Origin: an uncultured Gemmatimonadales bacterium
GTDB lineage: Bacteria > Gemmatimonadota > Gemmatimonadetes > Longimicrobiales > RSA9
Assembly: GCA_963798085.1 (NCBI GenBank)
Contig: CAWCRS010000005.1
Location: 320,001 to 384,000, forward strand
Length of the DNA: 64,000 bases
Reading direction: 5' to 3'
Below the pieces are notes generated by a model that made no database searches, had not been told where the DNA came from, and saw only the letters and a program-made list of their open reading frames with translations. This document shows positions 9,466 to 18,310 of this stretch, piece after piece. Both the position numbers and the translations under genes were made by a program. Each line of letters starts with the position of its first letter. Position 1 is the first letter of the stretch.

Positions 9466-11043
9466 TCAGCGGACGAGCAGGAGCGTGCGATCGTCCGGTT
9501 CGCTGCTGGGGTGGGCGTCGGAGTTCTCGAAGATATCCCGTACAATGGTGTCGAGCGGCTCGCCGCGGCGGTCGCTGATCTCCTGTACCAGCCGGGTTTC
9601 GCCGCTCCCGCTGCCCAGGCGGTCGGCCAGCGAGTCGGAGAGCCCGTCCGTGAACAGCACGAGCGTATCGCCTTTCTGCCAGAGCGCCACCCGTTCGCCG
9701 TAGGGTTCGAGCGGCATCGCGCCCAGCGGCGGCCCGGTCGACCCCAGCCGGGTAACACGACCTTCGGTGTCCAGCCGGTAGGCCTGTGGATGCCCTGCGT
9801 TCGCGTAGTCCAGTCGGCCATCGGTGAGGTCGAGCACGCCGTAGAACAGCGAAAGGTACATCTCGGTGGACTCCAGCTCCTTGATCAGGGCGCGGTGCAC
9901 GCGGCGCAGCACTTCGGCCGGCGTTTCTTCCTCTTTCGCGTAAATGCCGATGGCGCTCATGGTCAGCGCCATGATGAGTGCGGCGGAGAATCCGTGGCCG
10001 GACACATCACCGATGAGCAGGCCCAGGCGATCGCCGCTCAGGCGATACAGCTGATAGAAATCCCCGCCAATGGTCTGCGCGGGTACGCAGCGCGCCGCGA
10101 TCTCGGGCGGCGGCTCGAAGGTTTCCGGCTCGGGCAGCAACTTGAGCTGCAGGTCGTGCGCCAGTTCCAGCTCGCGCAGCACGCGTTCCTGACTCAGCGT
10201 TTCCTGGATCAGCCGTTGCGCTTCAATGGCGGCGCCGATCTGACTGGCAATGGCCGCGAGCAGTCGCTCATCACCCAGCGCGAAGCGCGAGCCGCTGCGT
10301 CGGCCCACCAGTGTCAGCACGCCGACCGTCCGCGTCTGTCCATCGGGTGGCGTGAAGTTGATGGGCACGGACAGGAACGCCTCCGGGCTGCGCGGCCGCG
10401 GCCGGCCCGGCGCCGCCTCCGCCATGGGCGGGCGCTCCACGTTCATCGCCTGCTTCTCGCGGAACACCCAGGCGGTGGCGGATTCGCGGTCGTCGACGGG
10501 TATCGGCCCGCGCAGTCCGTCCTCGCCCACCGCGGCCACCAGTTCGAGCGCGTTCGTCTCGGGCCAATGCACCCAGAGCGAAGCCCGCCGCGCGCTCACC
10601 ACATCCATCACTTCCGCCAGAATGCGGGTCGCCGCGTCCGCGAAGGCGGGAATGGAGCCGAGGATCTCGCTGATCGAGTAGAGCAGGTTGATTTCTTCGT
10701 AGCGGTCGGACAGCTCCTGTGCGGAAGAGCGGGCCTCCCGTTCATAACCCAGTGTTGCGGCAAGGGAATCGACGAGCCGCGCGACGATGTCGGGGGCTAC
10801 GGCGCCGCGGCGCACGCGCAGGCGTAATGCCGAGTTGTCCGCGAGCGCCAGGTGGAAGTGCTCATCGTTCGCGCCCGATTCGGGTGTGGTGCCAGCGGGC
10901 GGGTAGATGATGGCGCGCGTGCTCTCACCCGACTGCACAATGCAGGCATCGGTTTCGGGGTGCAGCTCACGGAACAGATCGATCAGGGTACGTGCGACGG
11001 CAGGGAGTGAGCTGGAAGTGGCGGTTCCCGGCGTCGTCGTCAT
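9466..11043 (-). CDS. GAF + SpoIIE/PP2C serine phosphatase (RsbU-like)
   Basis: GAF region followed by ELELAHDLQ, GGDFY, GDVSGHG, NAGHP, FTDGL, DDRT. Confidence 0.92.
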   Translation of the reverse strand: MTTTPGTATSSSLPAVARTLIDLFRELHPETDACIVQSGESTRAIIYPPAGTTPESGANDEHFHLALADNSALRLRVRRGAVAPDIVARLVDSLAATLGYEREARSSAQELSDRYEEINLLYSISEILGSIPAFADAATRILAEVMDVVSARRASLWVHWPETNALELVAAVGEDGLRGPIPVDDRESATAWVFREKQAMNVERPPMAEAAPGRPRPRSPEAFLSVPINFTPPDGQTRTVGVLTLVGRRSGSRFALGDERLLAAIASQIGAAIEAQRLIQETLSQERVLRELELAHDLQLKLLPEPETFEPPPEIAARCVPAQTIGGDFYQLYRLSGDRLGLLIGDVSGHGFSAALIMALTMSAIGIYAKEEETPAEVLRRVHRALIKELESTEMYLSLFYGVLDLTDGRLDYANAGHPQAYRLDTEGRVTRLGSTGPPLGAMPLEPYGERVALWQKGDTLVLFTDGLSDSLADRLGSGSGETRLVQEISDRRGEPLDTIVRDIFENSDAHPSSEPDDRTLLLVR

Positions 11044-11474
11044 GACGCCTGGGCGACGGGGCCGCCCGGACCATTGAGGAGCTTCATCTCGATGGAGTTC
11101 CCGCGCTCGTTGTACTCCACATGGTCCATGAGCTGGCGGATCAGGAAAATGCCGCGACCGCGGCTGCGCCGGATGTTCGCCGGCAGCGTCGGGTCGGGCA
11201 GATCCTCAGGGTCGAAGCCATGACCCTCGTCCGTCACGCGGACCGTTATCTCGTGCGCCGTGAACTGTGCCACCACCTGCACGCGCTTGCGTGGGTCCTG
11301 CGCATTGCCGTACAGCATGGCATTGCTCAGCGCCTCCGTCAGGCCGACCCGCAGATTGAGGCGCAGACGATCGGGATTGAACCCAATGCTCCGCCCGTGG
11401 TCGAGCAGCGAATCGACGAATTCTTCGATCCGTTGCAGATCGTTGGGCAGATCGAAAACGAGATCGCGGTGCAT
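11040..11474 (-). CDS. anti-sigma factor / Ser kinase (RsbW-like, HATPase_c_2)
   Basis: EALSNAMLYGN, VTDEGHGFD, GRGIFLIRQLMD. Confidence 0.92.
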   Translation of the reverse strand: MHRDLVFDLPNDLQRIEEFVDSLLDHGRSIGFNPDRLRLNLRVGLTEALSNAMLYGNAQDPRKRVQVVAQFTAHEITVRVTDEGHGFDPEDLPDPTLPANIRRSRGRGIFLIRQLMDHVEYNERGNSIEMKLLNGPGGPVAQAS

Positions 11475-11501
11475 GAGCGTGGTCGCGCGCCGGGCGCGAG
11501 C

Positions 11502-11834
11502 TCAGAACAATGCCAACGCGTCCTCGCGGTTGCTCGCGATATGGAACAGTGTGTCCAGCTTGGTCAGCTCGAAAAGCGTGCGCAGGTCCTCATTGAGGTT
11601 CGAGAGCCGCAATTCCCCACCCTGTTCACGGATCTTCTTGGAAAGGCTGACCAGCACGCCCAGCCCGCTGGAATCAATGTAGCCTGTACCCGCGAAATCG
11701 ATGAGGAACCGGCGTGATCCCGACTCCAGTTCGTCCAGCACCTTCTGCTTGAGTTCCTGGCGATTGCCGACGATCAGCTGTCCCTTCACATCGATGAGCG
11801 TGATGTCGCCCTTTTTCTGCACGTCGAAGCTCAT
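11502..11834 (-). CDS. STAS anti-sigma factor antagonist (RsbV-like)
   Basis: YIDSSGLGVLV phospho-Ser motif, LFELTKL; GGAG RBS before MSFDV. Confidence 0.93.
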   Translation of the reverse strand: MSFDVQKKGDITLIDVKGQLIVGNRQELKQKVLDELESGSRRFLIDFAGTGYIDSSGLGVLVSLSKKIREQGGELRLSNLNEDLRTLFELTKLDTLFHIASNREDALALF

Positions 11835-11923
11835 GGCCTCTCCTCCCCTTGTCCGCCGAAACTTGGGTTGTCTCCCGGGCAGCAGGCAAGACCGGGGCCG
11901 CGCGCAGGCGGCCGTGGCGAGGC

Positions 11924-12919
11924 TCAGGCCGACTGCAGGGCCGTGATGCACGCCACGTTCACAATGTCCTGCACCGTAGCGCCGCGGGACAGGTCGTTGA
12001 ACGGTCGGTCCAGGCCCTGGAGGATGGGCCCCAGCGCCTCTGCGCCTGCCAGCCGCTGTACCAGCTTGTACGCAATGTTGCCCGCATCGAGGTCCGGAAA
12101 TACGAGCACGTTCGCACTGCCTGCGAGCGGTGAACCGGGCGCCTTGCGCGCGGCCACGCTCTCGATCAGCGCCGCGTCGGCCTGCAGCTCGCCATCTGCG
12201 GGCACGTCCGGCGCGCGCGCCCGGAACAGCCGCAGCGCCTCCCGCATCTTGCTGACCTCGCTGCCTTCCGCGCTGCCCTTCGTCGAGTACGACAGGAACG
12301 CGACGCGCGCCGTGTCACCCACGACGCGGAACCTCGCCTGCACGGCGGCCAGCGCAATGTCCGCCAGCTGCTCTGCCGTGGGTGCGGGCACGACGCCGGC
12401 ATCGGTAAACGTCAGCACTTCGGGCCCGGTACTCCCGCGGAAGGGCCGCACCACCATGTAGAAGCTGGACGAAACCGTGTGCACATCCGGCGACGTCCCG
12501 ATCGCCGTGATCGTCGCGCGCAGCACGGCGCCCGTGGTGTGCACCGCCCCCGCGACGCCGCCGGCCGCGTGTCCGCAGGCGACCAGCAGCGCCGCGAAGG
12601 TGAGCGGCTCGATGGCGGCCTGTTCCGCCGCCGCGCGTGTGAGGCCGCGCGCCGCCCGCCGCTCCAGCAGATGGGCCACGCAGCCCGCCCTTAACTCGCT
12701 GTTTGCCGGATCAATGACTTCCACCGCGGCATCGCCGCCCGCGGCCACGAGAGCCGGACGAACATCGTCGCCTGCTCCGATCAGTACCGGCGTGACCAGC
12801 GCGGCCTTCTGCAGCCGGGCGACGGCCTCGAGGGTGCGGGCATCCAGTGATTCGGCGAAGACAATGCGGCGCCGGAGAGCGCGGGCGCGCTCGTGCAGCT
12901 GCTCGAGGAACGTGCTCAC
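11924..12919 (-). CDS. pta: phosphate acetyltransferase (short PTA_PTB form)
   Basis: [50 protein letters not shown]. Confidence 0.93.
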   Translation of the reverse strand: MSTFLEQLHERARALRRRIVFAESLDARTLEAVARLQKAALVTPVLIGAGDDVRPALVAAGGDAAVEVIDPANSELRAGCVAHLLERRAARGLTRAAAEQAAIEPLTFAALLVACGHAAGGVAGAVHTTGAVLRATITAIGTSPDVHTVSSSFYMVVRPFRGSTGPEVLTFTDAGVVPAPTAEQLADIALAAVQARFRVVGDTARVAFLSYSTKGSAEGSEVSKMREALRLFRARAPDVPADGELQADAALIESVAARKAPGSPLAGSANVLVFPDLDAGNIAYKLVQRLAGAEALGPILQGLDRPFNDLSRGATVQDIVNVACITALQSA

Positions 12920-13425
12920 GCGCGCCGGCTGCGGAACTTCTCGTGCAGTGCGGCCAGCACGTGTGGCGAGACCAGCGGCTCGACATCGCCGCCCAGTGAT
13001 GCGATCTCGCGCACCAGCGATGCGGACAGGAACGTGTACTGCGCGGCCGGCGCGAGGAAGATCGTCTCCAGCTCGTTCCACAGCTGGCGGTTCATCAGCG
13101 CCATCTGGAACTCGTACTCGAAGTCGGAAACGGCACGCAGTCCGCGCACGATCAGGCGGGCATTGCGACCGCGCGCGAAGTCGACGAGCAATCCATCGAA
13201 CTCGGTCGCCTCCACGCGCTTCTCATCGCGGAACGCGGTGCGGATCAGGTTCAGCCGCTCCTGGATGGGGAAGAGTCCTTCCTTGCGTTGCGTGCGCCGG
13301 TGGGCGACGGCGACCACCACACGATCCACGAAGGTGAGCGCGCGTCGCACCAGATCTTCATGGCCCCGGGTGATGGGATCGAAGGATCCCGGATAGATCG
13401 CGACCGTCTCCTGGCGTGCGCTCAT
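12916..13425 (-). CDS. coaD: pantetheine-phosphate adenylyltransferase
   Basis: [24 protein letters not shown]. Confidence 0.97.
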   Translation of the reverse strand: MSARQETVAIYPGSFDPITRGHEDLVRRALTFVDRVVVAVAHRRTQRKEGLFPIQERLNLIRTAFRDEKRVEATEFDGLLVDFARGRNARLIVRGLRAVSDFEYEFQMALMNRQLWNELETIFLAPAAQYTFLSASLVREIASLGGDVEPLVSPHVLAALHEKFRSRRA

Positions 13426-13949
13426 GGGCTCGCGGGGATGGAGGTGATGGCGCTCAGTCCGTAGCGCCGCGTGCGTGCGCCGGGCAGCTGCGGCAGGGTT
13501 TCTTCTGCACCGTGTTCGATCCAGAGTGCAGCAGCGAAGCGTTTTTCCGCAAACAGCGTGATGAGGCGAGCGGCCAGGCCGGTGCCGTAGGGCGGATCGG
13601 CCAGCGCCAGATCGAACTGGAGTTCCGCCAGGCCCGCGGCCCAGTCCAGCGCTTCGGCGCGCACCACCGTGCTCTGCCCGGCCGCGCCCAGCTTCTCAAT
13701 GTTGGCACGCAATATGGCGATCACACGTGCCGAGGCCTCGACGAACGTGGCGTGCGTGGCACCACGGGAAAGCGCTTCCAGTCCCAGCGCACCCGAGCCT
13801 GCGAACAGGTCGAGCACGGTCGCATCGGGAAGCTGGAACTGCAGTGCGCTCATCCATGCTTCGCGGATGCGATCGCGCGTGGGGCGCGTTTCCCTTCCCT
13901 CGGGCGCGTCCAGCCGGCGTCCTCGCCATTGGCCCGCGATGATTCTCAC
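13422..13949 (-). CDS. rsmD: 16S rRNA m2G966 methyltransferase
   Basis: RIIAG..RGRRL, TRPT, LDLFAGSGALGLEALSRGA, DPPY. Confidence 0.95.
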   Translation of the reverse strand: MRIIAGQWRGRRLDAPEGRETRPTRDRIREAWMSALQFQLPDATVLDLFAGSGALGLEALSRGATHATFVEASARVIAILRANIEKLGAAGQSTVVRAEALDWAAGLAELQFDLALADPPYGTGLAARLITLFAEKRFAAALWIEHGAEETLPQLPGARTRRYGLSAITSIPASP

Positions 13950-15745
13950 GTGTGGGTCTTGAGATCGACCAGCCTGGCCTGCGGCTTGCGCCGGCCATCC
14001 CACTCATCGATCTGCAGGTGATAGGCAATGTCGATGCGATCGCCCTCGGCGAGTCCGCTCACGCGCTCGGCCATGCCGAAGCCGATCACGTCAATGCGGC
14101 CTGTCGCATCCGCGACGAAGAGCTTGGCGTGTTCTTCGCCCACGATGCGCGGCGGGCGCAGCAGCGTAACGCCGCGGGTAGCGAAGAGTGGCGAGGGGTT
14201 GCCCATGCCGAACGGCCCGAAGTGGCGCAGCAGATCGACCAGTCTGACGTCGGCTTCGGCGAGCGAGACGTCCATGTCGATGGGTACCCTGGCCAGCAGA
14301 TCATCGGGGGTGAGCACCGCGTGCGCGCGCTCGTTGAAGGCGTCGCGGAACGCGGCAATGCGGTCGGGCTGGATCTCGAGGCCCGCCGCCTGGCGGTGGC
14401 CGCCGAAGCGCTCGAGCATGTGGCCGCAGTCGCGAATCGCTTCGTACAAATGGAAGCCTGGAATCGACCGGGCACTGCCGCGCGCCCGCCCGGTAACCGG
14501 ATCGATGGCGATCAGGATGGTGGGCCGGTTAATGCGTTCCACGACGCGTGACGCAACAATGCCAATGACGCCGGAATGCCAGTCAGGCGCGGCCAGCACG
14601 ACACCGAAGTTGCGTTCCGGATCGTAGTCGGCGCGCAGCTGGTCCAGTGCGTCCGCCAGGGTCTGCCGGTCCACGGTCTTGCGCACGCGATTCTCTTCCT
14701 CGAGCACGCGCGCCAGGCTGGCGGCCTCTTTCTCGTCCTCGGTGAGCAGCAGTCGTACGGCCCGGTTCGCATCGCCCATGCGGCCCACCGCGTTGATGCG
14801 CGGCGCAATCACGTGGCTGACCTGACCGGATGGAATTGCGCCTCTGCTGACATCGATGTCAGCGGCGGCGAGCAGTGCGCGCAGTCCCGGGTTGCGCGAC
14901 TGCGCCATGAGCCTGAGTCCGAAGCGTGTGAGCACGCGGTTCTCGCCGCGCAGTGGCGCCAGGTCCGCAATGGTGGCCAGCGCCACCAGATCGAGGTAGT
15001 ACCAGAGGTCCTTCGCGTTGCCGCCCCTCGCCGAGACCAGCGCCTGGCACACCTTGTAGGCCACACCCACACCCGCCAGCGAACGTTCCGGATAGGTCGA
15101 GTCCGCGCGGTTCGGGTTGATGATGGCGACCGCGTCGGGCAGCGTCGGCCCGGGCGTGTGGTGATCCGTGACGATGACGTCAATGCCGGCCGCCGCCGCC
15201 TCGCGCACGGCCGGGTGCGCCACCGTGCCGCAGTCGGCGGTGATGATGAGGGTGGCGCCGCTGCGCATGGCCGCGGCCACGCCGGCGCTGGTCAGATCAT
15301 AGCCATCCAGCAGGCGGGCGGGCGTGAACGGCACCACATTCCCGCCCAGGGAGCGAAGCACGCGTGTGTAGAGCGTCGTCGCGCACACACCGTCCACATC
15401 GTAGTCCCCGTGCACGAGTATGGTTTCGCGGCGGTCGAGCGCGCGCTCGATGCGGCCCACCGCTAACTGCATGTCAGTGAGCGCGAAGGGGTCGTGCAGG
15501 CGGTCGAGGCCGGGTTTCAGGTAGAGGCGGGCGGATTCGGGGTCGGCGTAGCCGCGCAGGACCAGCAGCCGGCACAGTGGCTCGGGCAGCTTCAGCTCGT
15601 TGTGCAGCGTCGCGACCTGTGCAGCGTCCGCGGTTCCCCGCTCCACCCAGCGCCGCTGCAGCGGCGGCAGTGCCGGAAGGGGCGGCGCTGTTTCCGGCGG
15701 CGCGGGTGCCACGGCGCCGGCACCACGGTCCACCGGTTGCGGCAT
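13946..15745 (-). CDS. recJ: single-stranded-DNA exonuclease RecJ
   Basis: GDYDVDG, TDHH, PRINAVGR, GSARS, GGHRQAAG, PFGMGNP. Confidence 0.96.
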   Translation of the reverse strand: MPQPVDRGAGAVAPAPPETAPPLPALPPLQRRWVERGTADAAQVATLHNELKLPEPLCRLLVLRGYADPESARLYLKPGLDRLHDPFALTDMQLAVGRIERALDRRETILVHGDYDVDGVCATTLYTRVLRSLGGNVVPFTPARLLDGYDLTSAGVAAAMRSGATLIITADCGTVAHPAVREAAAAGIDVIVTDHHTPGPTLPDAVAIINPNRADSTYPERSLAGVGVAYKVCQALVSARGGNAKDLWYYLDLVALATIADLAPLRGENRVLTRFGLRLMAQSRNPGLRALLAAADIDVSRGAIPSGQVSHVIAPRINAVGRMGDANRAVRLLLTEDEKEAASLARVLEEENRVRKTVDRQTLADALDQLRADYDPERNFGVVLAAPDWHSGVIGIVASRVVERINRPTILIAIDPVTGRARGSARSIPGFHLYEAIRDCGHMLERFGGHRQAAGLEIQPDRIAAFRDAFNERAHAVLTPDDLLARVPIDMDVSLAEADVRLVDLLRHFGPFGMGNPSPLFATRGVTLLRPPRIVGEEHAKLFVADATGRIDVIGFGMAERVSGLAEGDRIDIAYHLQIDEWDGRRKPQARLVDLKTHT

Positions 15746-16449
15746 CACGACGCGTAGAGGATCACGCCGCAGGCCTCGCAGCGGCGCAGCACATTGCCGT
15801 TGCGGATCTCGCTCTGTTCCTGCAGGGGCAGCACATTGAAGCAGTGGCCGCACGCGCCTTCGTCGGTCAGCGGCGCGAGCACGGTCGAGGAGCGGCCCTT
15901 GCGTACGCGCTCGTAGAGACGGAGTGATCCCTTGTCCAGGCGGATCGCATGGTTCTCCCTGCGATCCAGCAGCACCTGGAGCTGCTGTTCCGCTTCGGCA
16001 CGGGCGCGCACCAGTTCTTCACGACGGGGCGCGTTCTCGCCGCGCAGCTTCTCCAGCTGCCGCGTGTGCTCATCCAGCTTGAGGTCCGTGCGCGTGGCCT
16101 GCTCCATGAGTTCCAGCGCCTCGGCATCATCGGCATCAGCGGCCCGCCGGACCAGGTCGATCTCGGTGCGCGCTGCCGCTTCCTCGCGCTGGTTGCGCAC
16201 GCGGCTCATTCGTTCTTCGTAAGCCCGCAAACGCGTGCGTTTCTGTTCCGCGGCACTCTCCAGCCGCCGTATCTCGCGGCGCAGTTCATCCAGTCGCGTA
16301 CGCAACCCTGCCAGCTCCGTTTCCAGCGCCGCGACCGGCTGGTCCACATCCCGGATCTGCGGCTCGAAGCTCAGCAGATTCGTCTGTGCCTGCTGGATTT
16401 CCTCGTCCAGCGTCTGAAGTGTCAGCAGCGCCGTTTTCAGATCTTCCAT
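15745..16449 (-). CDS. coiled-coil + C4 zinc-ribbon protein (CT398/HP0958-like)
   Basis: Long heptad coiled coil, YERVRK, CGHC...CEACGVILY. Confidence 0.85.
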   Translation of the reverse strand: MEDLKTALLTLQTLDEEIQQAQTNLLSFEPQIRDVDQPVAALETELAGLRTRLDELRREIRRLESAAEQKRTRLRAYEERMSRVRNQREEAAARTEIDLVRRAADADDAEALELMEQATRTDLKLDEHTRQLEKLRGENAPRREELVRARAEAEQQLQVLLDRRENHAIRLDKGSLRLYERVRKGRSSTVLAPLTDEGACGHCFNVLPLQEQSEIRNGNVLRRCEACGVILYAS

Positions 16450-18310
16450 TCACCGTTCTTCGGTTGATGTGGACGCGGGGCCCGCGCGTCCGCGGGTGTT
16501 CCGCCCATAACGCCGGCTTACCTTGAAGCCGAGTTCCGCCGCTGCCCCCAGCTGGCGCAGCTGCTGGAGTGTCGCCTGTCTCGCCTGAAAGATCGCGGCG
16601 CGCTCCGTGTCGCTGCGCGTGCCCGCCATGCGCACATCCAGCTCATCAATGCGCCGGTTCAGATCCGCCGCCTTGATGCCGGCCACTGCGTCATCGAAGC
16701 TCTGGTCCGCATCAGTGACTTCCACCGGGTCGCGCTGCAGCTCATCGCGGCGCAGCGATGCTACCGCGCTCAACTTCAATTCGCCGCTCTCGCCATCCTC
16801 GAGCAGCGCAGTGAAGAGTTCGCGATTGGCCGCATCGCTGAATTCGCCAGCCTGCAGCAGGGCGCCGGCCTGTTCCCGGCGGGGCCGGTCGCGCAGCAGG
16901 AGGAGGAGCAGCAGTTTTTCCGCGGCAAAGCTCTCGCGCAGGACCGGCGACGGCCTCGATCCCCGCGACGCGCTGCGGCCAGGCGAGGGCGGTCGCGAAG
17001 GCCGGTAGCGCGCCGGTCCGGGCCGGGCGTCGCCCGACTGCACCTGATGCTCGAGTGTCTCGCGTCGTACCCCTGTGCGTTCCGCGACGCGCGTCACGTA
17101 GATATCGCGCAGTGCCGGATCGATCGTGGCGCGGATCGTGGGCAGCAGCCGGTCGAGTGCACGGGTCACGTGATCGATGTCGCTGAAATAGCCGCGCTCC
17201 TCGAGCATTTGGAGCTTGCGATCCAGCACATCGACGGCATTGTCGATGAGCGGGCGCAGCGCTTCGGCGCCGCGCTTCCGCACCAGGGAGTCCGGATCTT
17301 CGCCCTCGGGCAGTGTCACGACCAGCGGATGCACACCTGTGCGCAGCAGCGCGTCCGCGCTGCGGAAGGTTGCGCTCCGTCCGGCCCCGTCGCTGTCATA
17401 CAGGAGGCAGGCCTTGGCAGTATAACGAGCCAGCAGATTCGCCTGTTCCGCGGTCAGTGCCGTACCCATGCCGGCCACGACGTTCTCTATGCCCCTCGCC
17501 GCGAGCGAAACGTAGTCCATGTACCCTTCCACGACCAGCGCCGCGCCCTCCCGTCGTATTGCCGCCTTGGACCAGTTCAGGCCATAGAGAATCAGGCCCT
17601 TGTGATAGATGGCCGTCTCCGGCGAGTTCAGGTATTTGGGCACCTTCTCCGTAACGCGCAGTGCGCGCCCGCCGAAAGCGACCAGCCGGCCCGTCGCATC
17701 GGCCACGGTGAACATGATGCGTTCGCGGAAGCGGTCGTAGGGCTCCTCCGCCTGCTCGTTCTCCTTGATGAGCCCTGCCGCGAGCAGTGTTTCATTGGTA
17801 ATGCCGTGATGCTGTGCCGCTTCGCGCAGGGCCCGCCACTCGGAGGGTGCCCAGCCCATGAGGAAGCGCTGTGTCGCGGCCTGCGTGATGCCGCGACCCT
17901 CGAGGTAGCGCCTCGCCCCCTCGCCGGCCGGGCTCTCGAGCTGCTGCTGGAAATAATCCGCCGCAAACGCGACCGCCTCGTAGAGCGCGCGGTTCGGTTC
18001 ATCCGTCGCCGGGCCGGTCGTCTCCGGAATCTCCACGCCCACTTTGGCCGCGACCTGGCGCACCGCATTCGACGAAGCTGAGGCCGCTGCGTTTCATCAG
18101 GAACTTGAAGATGTCGCCTGTCTCACCGCAGCCGAAGCAGGAGTAGATGCCCTTGGAGGGCACCACATAGAACGAGGGTGTCTTCTCGTGGTGGAACGGG
18201 CAAAGTGCGCGGTAGTCCTTGCCGGCGCGCTTGAGTGGAACGGATTCCCCGACGATCTCGACGATGTCCGCGCGCGCGCGCACCTCTTCGAGAATCGTCT
18301 CCGGGATCAT
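16450..18310 (-). CDS. dnaG: DNA primase (one frameshift near 18065)
   Basis: CPFHHEKTPSF..CFGC zinc finger in ORF 17999-18310; FGGR, KYLNSPET, VEGYMD, DSDGAG, DPD in ORF 16450-18063. Confidence 0.95.

Noticed and set aside
18040..18090. Programmed frameshift in dnaG separating the zinc finger from the catalytic core
   Set aside because: No slippery heptamer or stimulatory structure seen, and many other genes show similar breaks consistent with indel errors
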